From Macrostomum lignano (Eukaryota): a DNA stretch of 64,000 bases. The stretch spans positions 87,640-151,639 of the forward strand of contig NIVC01001382.1 in NCBI GenBank assembly GCA_002269645.1, in the 5' to 3' direction. Shown in pieces: positions 47,662 to 55,930 of this stretch (position 1 is the stretch's first letter; every line of letters begins with the position of its first letter). The notes under the pieces are model-generated. The model was not told the DNA's origin. It did not search any database and saw only the letters and a program-made list of their open reading frames with translations. The position numbers were made by a program, and so were the translations under genes.

Positions 47662-49068
47662 CTAATTATCGTTCAGATTAAATTCGTCCGGCAAAAGGTC
47701 GCGTAGAGGCCATCCGACTTGCTCGGCGAGCCACTTAATCTCGATGATAAGCAGCGTGCGAAAGTACGGCTGGCCAGCCGCATTCAGGTCATGAAGTACG
47801 TAGTTCACAGCGCGGCGCCAAGCCGCGACAGCTTGCTCAGGCGTGAACTCTTGGCGAAGCACAATGCAGGCTGGCCGGACCTGGGCCCGCTGTGGCAGCG
47901 GCCGGTCCAACCGCAAGTGGCCGATTCGCATTAGATATTCCTTCAGGGCAGCAATCAGTCGCTTCATTCTTGCCTGCTGTTCTGGCGACAAACCGTCCAT
48001 GATGGCGCTGAAGTCGGCGCCCATCGCAGCAAGCCTTTGGATGTCTTGGTTGCCGGGGGCAAACAAATAACTTGCAGCTGCACGGCAGGTTGACGCCTGT
48101 GGTGGCACTGCAGTCTGCGGTGGCGGCTGCTGATGCGACGGCGGTGGCTGCTGATGATGCTGAGACGGCGGTGGCTGCTGATGATGCTGAGACGGCGGTG
48201 GCTGCTGATGATGCTGAGACGGCGGTGGCTGCTGATGATGCTGAGACGGCGGTGGCTGCTGATGAGGCTGAGACGGCGGTGGCTGCTGATGATGCTGAGA
48301 CGGCGGTGGCTGCTGATGGTGCCGCGGCGGAGACTGGTGACGGCGCTGCGGCGGCGACTGGTGGCGGTGCCGCGGCGGAGACTGGTGACGGCGCTGCGGC
48401 GGCGACTGGTGGCGGTGCCGCGGCGGAGACTGGTGGCGGCGCTGCGGCGGCGACTGCTGACGCTGCTGTGGCGGCGGCCGCGGAGCCAGCCTGCGGTGCA
48501 CTGGCAGCTGCTGTCGGACTTCTGCTCGCGACGCCACACGCCGAGGCTGCGACCGCTGAGCCGGCCGCTGCTGCTGAGGCGGGGCAGCTAACATCAGTGT
48601 GGGCCGCGCGCCAGCCGGGTGCCTCTGCATAACCGTCGGCTTCACCACCACGGACTGCACCGACTTCACTCTAACGAGCTCCTGTCGTGCTGCCGGATCC
48701 TGGGATACTGGCAGCCTTGACGGGGCCGGCCTCTTCGCTTGTGTACCCTGATCCGTTTCTGCAGCAGGTCGCTTTGGCTTGGTGGAGGGCTCCGGTGGCT
48801 GCGAGGGCCCGGGCAGGTCAGCTGGCTGACGCTCCCGTAATGGCTCTGACGGCGGTGCCAGCGTCGGAGCAGGCTGCTGCGTAGCAGGCGGCTGCGACGG
48901 AGCCTCAGCTAGCTGTTCTTGCTCGTTTTGCTGCGCTGAACGCTCTGGCTCTGGTTGCTCAGTTTGCTCATCTTGCTGCATGGGCCAAGGCCCTTCAAGC
49001 TCTTTTAATAGATCGTCAAATTCACTACCGTCTGCTAAAATATTTAACTCTTCGTTTTCTTTATCCAT
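47662..49068 (-). CDS. Intact 468-aa accessory ORF in the env position: acidic N-terminus, Pro/Gln/His/Arg repeats, helical C-terminal domain
   Basis: ATG-initiated and uninterrupted, same strand as pol. Contains (HQSPPQRR/HQSPPRHR)n and (QPPPSQHHQ)n repeats. No signal peptide or TM segment. Confidence 0.8.
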   Translation of the reverse strand: MDKENEELNILADGSEFDDLLKELEGPWPMQQDEQTEQPEPERSAQQNEQEQLAEAPSQPPATQQPAPTLAPPSEPLRERQPADLPGPSQPPEPSTKPKRPAAETDQGTQAKRPAPSRLPVSQDPAARQELVRVKSVQSVVVKPTVMQRHPAGARPTLMLAAPPQQQRPAQRSQPRRVASRAEVRQQLPVHRRLAPRPPPQQRQQSPPQRRHQSPPRHRHQSPPQRRHQSPPRHRHQSPPQRRHQSPPRHHQQPPPSQHHQQPPPSQPHQQPPPSQHHQQPPPSQHHQQPPPSQHHQQPPPSQHHQQPPPSHQQPPPQTAVPPQASTCRAAASYLFAPGNQDIQRLAAMGADFSAIMDGLSPEQQARMKRLIAALKEYLMRIGHLRLDRPLPQRAQVRPACIVLRQEFTPEQAVAAWRRAVNYVLHDLNAAGQPYFRTLLIIEIKWLAEQVGWPLRDLLPDEFNLNDN

Positions 49069-49159
49069 AACGGATTTGCTCTTGACTGCTTCTTTATTGC
49101 TACTTAATTGCTGCCTTATTGCTCTGTTGAGGATGAGGAACTGATTGCGTCAGGGATCT

Positions 49160-49360
49160 CGCTTATATAGGTTTGCAAACATTCCACTTTGGGGGGTATC
49201 ATGTTTCAAGCTTATTCAAACAAACAATTATTTGTTTAAATGGCAGGTCTTCTCTCATTGGCTGATGATTCTTCCTTATTGGCTGTCGGCCTCTTCGCCT
49301 CTCTCCTCCTATCCACGGCCTCGAAATCCCTTCACTTCTACGCCTCCTCTCATTGGCTCT
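49160..49360 (-). promoter_or_regulatory. Internal promoter candidate for the accessory ORF
   Basis: Minus-strand CCTATATAAG at ~49162-49171 and three AGCCAAT boxes at ~49257-49357, between the integrase end and ATG 49068. Confidence 0.5.
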
Positions 49361-49394
49361 CACTCCTCCTTCTCCTTCCTTCCTTCTCCTCCAC

Positions 49395-52300
49395 TCAGAA
49401 ACTGAGATTGCCCAACAACGACAGCACAGTGGCCAGCCGCTTCAAGCAACAATAGCACTTGGGGGGCCTGACCTGCCTGCGTGTATTGTATCTCCTCTCT
49501 GAATTAGTTTCCTCGTGCTCATGCTCAATCTCATTGTTCTCTCTGGCATCTTCTGCATTGCTCATTATTCCTTCTTCTTCTACTGCACTCTCTGACTCTT
49601 GGCTCTCATCTTCGCTCTCAGTTGCTGGTTCCGTTTCGGACTCTCTCATTTGGCATTGCCATTGCACTCGCTCATCCTCAGATTCAGTGTCAGACTCAGA
49701 CTCTTCACTAATCACTACCTCCTTATGCTTCCTCGGCGGGTGGCTTCCCTTAGCTTTAGGTTCCCTCCTTGACTGATTTTTCTTCCGGTGCCTCTCCTGC
49801 TGGCTTCCCTTAATTGGCAATTCTGCGGTTGAATTAGGAACTAATGTTAAATTGTCCCTATGCACTAATAATTTATTCCCTACAAGCTCACCATCCTCTT
49901 CTTTCTGCACTCTAAACACTACGTCTGAGATCTGTTCGATCACTCTATAGGCGGCTCTCTTCTTTCTGTGAAATTTGTTAGACTCCTCATTGTCTAACTG
50001 CGGGTTATTTAATAACGCTAAACTCCCTACTGGCACTTCCTTAGGCTGTTTGGCTGTTTCAGTAATATTCTTTCTATTGTCAGCAACTTTCTCGAGCTTA
50101 TCTCTCACGATTTTTGTGGCAATTTCTAGCCTTTCGGCATGATCTGCGACATAGGCTGGATAGCCTGAGTACTGATTTGGCTGGCGAATTTGACTGTCTA
50201 TTGGCAAAACCGGCTCCCTTCCGAATAACAGGAAATGGGATGAATGGCCCGTGGTCTGGTTCACACTAGTGCGCACTGCAACAAGCGCTGCGGGAATCAT
50301 TAGATCCCAATTGCTATGATCCTTCTTAATTAAACAAGTAATGATAGATTTCACTTGCTTGTTAAACCTCTCTACCAAGCCGTTACTTTGGGCATGGTAC
50401 GGGGTGGTACAAGTGTGTTTAACATTGTACAAATCGCATAACGCTTTGAACTGTCTACTTGTGAAGGTTTTCCCATTGTCAGTATGTATCCAATGGCATT
50501 GACCATATTCACTGAAAATTCGCTCCTGTAGGATCTTAATCACTGTGTCAGACTTCTGATTACGGATTGGGAACGCGAATGGGTAGCGAGTAGTGCTATC
50601 AACTACAGTCAATACATAACGATGGCCTCTCCTGCTTTCTTCGAAATGGGGCCTATAATATCGATATGCAGGCGGTGAAATGCCTCGTTGACTGGGAATG
50701 ACTGCACTGGAGCCTGAATAGGGCATCCTCTTTTGCTTTCCAAACACGGAATACACTCAGATATATATTTCTCAATGGCTGTCACTAAGCCAGGTCTCCG
50801 AAATCTCTCTCTAACTCTTTGTACTGTCTTATCACGGCCCAAGTGTCCTGCTAGTGGGCTATCGTGCAGATCAGCCAGCACTAATTTGTCTAGCGACACT
50901 GGCAATACAATTTTGCTTACTCCTTCTTCTTCAATGACTATCATATCGCTTTCAACTTTCATTTTTTTCGTAAAATTTGCTTAACTGCTTTCATTTTGAG
51001 CTAATGCTATTTCGCTGGGCATTAACAATCTGCTCTCTCTGCAGGGCGTTGGGTAGGAATTCAACTAATAATGCTCCAAACTTCAGCGTACCATACTCCT
51101 CACTGTGCTCAGATTGTGGGGTGACTCTGCTCGATTGCGTAACGCAGGAGCTCTGTGTTTTCACACTATCAATCCTTACACTCTTCTCACCAGAGACTAT
51201 TTCATTCCTCTGTGGCTCAGGGGGCTTGGTCTCTCCTTTTAGCTCAGTGGGGGGCTGGGTCAGATTGCTTATGCTGTCCTTAGCCTTCCCATTCTGGTTG
51301 TGCTGTGCACACACGCGTTCGCTGGGGATATACATCTCTTTATCTGCTCTTATCTCTTGGTTCACTTCGGCTCTTACGCCTTTGCTGCTTATCTCTTGAC
51401 TCTTTGTCTCGGCTTCCGCCTTCTCATTGGCTTTACACTCTGGATGGGCAACCTCGGCTGGCCTTCGGGACAGGCTATCGGCATTTAAATGTTTCGCGCC
51501 ACTCCTATGCTCGATTTCAAATTGAAACTCGTTGAGGCGCTCAATCCATCTGCCTAAAATGCCCTGGGCTTCAGTCTGCCTTAATAACCAAAGTATAGCC
51601 TTATGGTCGGTCCTAGCTAAGAATTTCCTATTAGATAGAAGCGGACATGCCTCATGGCATCTACTAGAGCTAGCAAATCCTTTCGAGTTATGGGATAGCG
51701 TTTCTCTGACTCCTTCATAGCGCGGCCAAAATAGGCGATTGGTCTCTCGACACCGTCTGATTGGATTTGTCCCAAACAGGCACCTATGCGTCCATCACTG
51801 GCGTCTACATCGAGAACCATCTTCACCTTCTCATCGTCTATAAACTCAGGGTACGCTAGTACTTCAGTACTCATCATACGGGTTTTCAAAAGCTCAAACG
51901 CTTCATCATGCTTTGCTGTCCATTTTGCTTGGAAGTTTTGAACTCCCTTACGAGTCAATTGAAATAATGGGTGCGCCACTTCGGCGTAATTTTTCACCAA
52001 TCTACTATAGTAATTGCACAGTCCTAAAAAGCTTCTCAATTCCTTCACTTCCTTTGGCTTTGGCCAAGTTCTGATGGCCTCAATCTTGGCTTCGTCGGTG
52101 CGAATGCCATCTCTGCCTATTACATGGCCTAGATACTTGAGCTCAGAGTGAAATAAATTGCACTTCTTTGCTCTCAACTTTAAGCCTGCGGTGATCAGTC
52201 TCTGAAACACCTCTCTTAAACGAGACAAATGCTCCTCAAATTGCTTCGAATAAGTTACTATATCGTCAATATACGACATTGCAAACTTATGCTGGATTCC

Positions 52301-54034
52301 GGCTAGCACTAAGTTTATCAGTCTTTGAAATGTACCGGGCGCGTTGGATAACCCTTGCGCCATAACCTGGTACTCAAACTGTCCTCGCGTCAGAGTAGAA
52401 AACGCGGTCATGAACTTATGCTTTTCCTTTATAGGCACTTGCCAATAACCTGAGTTAAGATCTAAACTACTAAAGTATTTACTGCCAGTTAAGTTGGAGA
52501 AAGTTTCTTGAATATTGGGGAGGGGATAGGGAAAATAGTTAACTCTAGAGTTGAACACTCGGAAATCACTCACTATTCGGATGGTGCCATCCTTCTTTGG
52601 CACAATGACTAATGGGGTAGAATAAGTAGAATAGCAGGGGCGGATGAGATTCTTAGCTAGCATATCATCTAGCTGGGCGTCGACTTGCTTTTGGAGATGA
52701 GGGGGGATGCGGCGGGTAGGAATTCTAACAGGGGTCTCATCCTTCAGGGAAATTTCATGAGTGACTAGATGAGTCAGCCCCATGTCTAAGTCAGTCTGGG
52801 AGAATGCTTCTCTGTTCTCTCTCACGAGATCAAGTACTGTTTTTCGCTGACTCTCAGTTAAATCGGCACCAATACTAATTTCGCTCACCCAAGCATCTTC
52901 AGTTGCCTGAGCTTGATTGACACGTCCGGCGGGTTGTGCGGCGTCTTCGGCAGTTGTCTGCGGAACTGACTCGGCGATGGAGGGCGATGCTGACCAGTAG
53001 ACGAGGTCCTTGTTTCTCATGGGCTTGGCTAGGCCAATCAATGTCGACTTCGGCAGTCTCACGTCGACAGGGTGTCGATTCACAATCTCCACGATGGCAT
53101 TGCCGTCTCTCATGGTGACCAATGTCGGAACCATCTCCACTGTCAATTCCTTGGCTCTCACGCCTTCTCCAATCACTTCTACTGTCATAGGAGTGCCATG
53201 ATTGGGCTCATGGTCTTTCGCTAGCCTAATGGGAACTCTCAATGCACTATTAGCAGGTACTATAGCCTTTTCTCGAGTATAAACTCGGCAAATTCTAACT
53301 GTTTGGCGGGTGTACTGCATGGGCACACAGAGGCCTCTCTTTAGTACAAGCATGCCATTGTCTTAATCAATGCTCTTACAGTGGGCAAGGAAGAAGTCCA
53401 TGCCAAGAATGTTATCACATTCATAGCTGCACAGCAAAAAGCTGGTATCAATTTGGGTATCTCCGAATGTCACAGACACACTAGATTCTCCTTCTAGCTG
53501 CACTGAGGAACCATCAAATGTGGTAACTCTCTTATTGGTTTCTCGGATTTGCTCTGTCTTGATCACCTTGGACCATACTGACTTGCTCAAGAAGCAGTTT
53601 CCGGCTCCAGAGTCAAGTAAGAAGTCAATTTCTTGACCTTCATTGTCTCCAAGGCCAATTGCTTCACTACTTTTCTCGCTTATCAATTCAACTTTTGCTT
53701 TCTCAGCTGCTTTCTTAGCTTCACGATATTTCGCTTTGCGAGATTTCCTCGCCTTTTGCTTTGCACTTGCTGGCTTAGTCACTGGGGACTTTGTCAGCTC
53801 GGATGCTGATGCTTTCGCATCTGACTCACTCGGCTCTGACGCCAATAACTCAAACATATTAGGAGATAGCGCGATGGGGGACGCGCTGTTTACAGGTGCA
53901 TTACGCATTGGTGCTCTATACATGGGTGCATTACGCATGGGTGCATTACGCATTGGTGCATTACGCATTTGTGCATTACGCATTGAATTCCTGGAAACGG
54001 GACTTGTCGCCATTCTCCAGGGAGTGGGTTGCAA
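49395..54034 (-). pseudogene. pol: Pol of element A (PR, dUTPase-like linker, RT, RNase H, integrase), several frameshifts and stops
   Basis: FLLDSGAG; YSTPLVIVPKKDG, LDLNSGYWQV, YIDD; DVDASD, TDHKA, NADSLSRRP; HDSPLAGHLG, IDIIGP, TDNG, SNGLVER. Confidence 0.93.
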
Positions 54035-54119
54035 ACGGGTTTACGGGGGAAATGAGAGGCCTGAGTTTCGCTTTGGGATTTCCTAGAGGGACGTGGCCTC
54101 GAATACCGGCCCTCGAATC

Positions 54120-54939
54120 CTAGTTTCCCTGATAGAAATTGCGGGCAGGGAATCGACTCTGGTTGCTAAATCCAGGTCGCACTACGTTCTGTGTTGGCTT
54201 CCACGGAATCTGCCTTCTTATCTGCTGCTGCATCAGCGGGCGAATCTGTGGCTGGAACGCATGAACTCTTGGCTGATAGTATTGCGGCCTAGTCTGAGTA
54301 ACTGGCGGCTGCTGCTTTTCAGCTTGCAATTCCTGAATTAGCTTCTTTTGCTCTTCGAGCTCAGATTTCTGCTGCTTAACTAGCTTTTCTAGCTTGCTCA
54401 TCTCATCATCTTCGTCTCTCACAACTCTGACACAATTCTTATGCGACATATGCCAGGCTGCTTCTATTCTCCTAAGCATGCGTCTGGCCTCCTGCAGGCT
54501 ACTGGGCTGAGCAAAAATGAGTTTCTCCCGAGTATCGGAGGAAATTCTTACTCCCTTAATAAATTGCTCGATTACTTCCTCTTCACGCTGTTCTGCGTTC
54601 AAACGCCCTAGCTGCTAGTTCGATCAGAGCATCGGCGAACACGTCGGTTGCCTCCTTTCTACCCTGCATCCTACCTCTGAACTCCTCTCTGTACTCGGAT
54701 GAACTACCAATCCGGCCAAATCTTTCTATTAATCTCTCCTTAAACTCCTCATACGTCAAATCCTCAGGTAAATTTAAATCGATGTACTGCTGCAAACGCA
54801 GTTGATAGGTCTAGGTTAGCTAAAAGTTCAGTCTTTCTGTGCTCCTGATTCCTTCCTGATCACACCTTTGGTCGAATGCAGTCAACCAAATTCGCACATC
54901 CTGACTAGGAGTGTACTTTTGGATCTTTACATGCCTCAT
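54120..54939 (-). pseudogene. gag: Gag of element A (frameshifted; no CCHC knuckle seen)
   Basis: MRHVKIQKY...DVRIWLTAFD; TYEEFKERLIERFG; R.Q...E....F...L..LA..AF; EQFIKG; Q-rich tail. Confidence 0.8.
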
Positions 54940-54987
54940 AGGCCCTAATTCTAGCCTGTTCCTGCTAATAATTAAGTGCTGCCATTT

Positions 54988-55107
54988 GTACTCTCACGTT
55001 ATTCGCTGTACTCTCACGTTATTTGCTGTACTCTCACGTTATTCGCTGTACTCTCACGTTATTCGCTGTACTCTCACGTTATTCGCTGTACTCTCACGTT
55101 ATTCGCT
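54988..55107. repeat. 20-bp tandem repeat, 6 copies, in the element A leader
   Basis: GTACTCTCACGTTATTCGCT at 54988, 55008, 55028, 55048, 55068, 55088. Confidence 0.95.
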
Positions 55108-55145
55108 GTCTTTAGCGGTCGCCTTAGTCGGATTCCAATCCCTTT

Positions 55146-55157
55146 CCGCTGCCACCA
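55146..55157 (-). promoter_or_regulatory. Primer-binding site of element A, tRNA-Leu type
   Basis: Minus-strand TGGTGGCAGCGG is complementary to the ...CCGCTGCCACCA 3' end of metazoan tRNA-Leu(AAG/TAG) (sequence recalled). Confidence 0.75.
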
Positions 55158-55160
55158 AGT

Positions 55161-55920
55161 TGTTCTAGGGGAAACTCCTGTCCTTTCTAATAATGTCTCA
55201 CCGTGCCACCAAGTTGTTGTAGGGGATATTTCTGTCTGTTAAAATCCCACTGCTGTTACCAAGTTGTGGTAATTTTAGAATATCTATCACTCTAGTATAC
55301 TACTTCAATCATTTATTATTTCTAGGAAAAACACTAAATACGGAATCTTAGTCTAAGGACTCCTTGAAATTATGCAAGTAGCCCTGGTAGCAGTGTCGAG
55401 CGGCAAACACTGATCTAATTCATTAAATACTGTCTAATTTCTACTTCTAATTTCCAGTCATAGAGCGGCTACCCTGGGATGGAGTTGCCCAACTAAGCGA
55501 CCGTTTGTTTGCTCCTTTCTTACTGGCTTCTCACAGCTTATTCTTCTGGCTTCTTACAGCCCTTCCTTCTGGCTTCTTTCAGCCTTTCTCTCTTGGCTTC
55601 TTACAGTTTTTCTCTCCTTTCTGCTTTCCAAGTGAACTGAGCCAACACGAATTGCTTCTTAAGACCGAATCGGAGAAACGGCGGGCAAAGGAAAAACTGC
55701 CCGAAATCGCTTGTATTTATAGGATAGCAAGGGGAGGATGGGTGCGCGGGTCGGTGTATAACAAAATTCTTTTTATCAGTTTAAACAAAATATACTTTCC
55801 CATATAGAAATCTACCATTTAAACAAAACATCCCATTTAAACAAACTTCGTATTCAAGCGTGATTTGGCGTGAATTTAAAATAGAATATACGTGAACATT
55901 TCAGCGAGCCTTCCTCATTT
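55161..55920 (-). repeat. 5' LTR of element A (boundary uncertain)
   Basis: Collinear blocks with 46440-47300, including an identical 32-nt GCCCTGGTAGCAGTGTCGAGCGGCAAACACTG and TATAAAT at 55715-55721. Confidence 0.75.
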
Positions 55921-55930
55921 ATATAATTTA

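Larger units (their letters stand above)
46440..55920 (-). mobile_element. Ty3/Gypsy element A: LTR-gag-pol-extra ORF-LTR; LTRs related but clearly divergent
   Basis: gag, PR, RT, RH and IN motifs on the minus strand, tRNA-Leu PBS at ~55146-55157, and homologous LTR blocks at 46.4-47.3 and 55.15-55.9 kb. Confidence 0.88.

Noticed and set aside
47719-48884. Plus-strand ORFs (AAADDAET, MLRRRWLL repeats, etc.)
   Set aside because: Antisense shadows of the GC-rich repeats in the 468-aa ORF.
47662-49068. env gene
   Set aside because: No signal peptide, furin site or transmembrane anchor; mostly low-complexity and hydrophilic.
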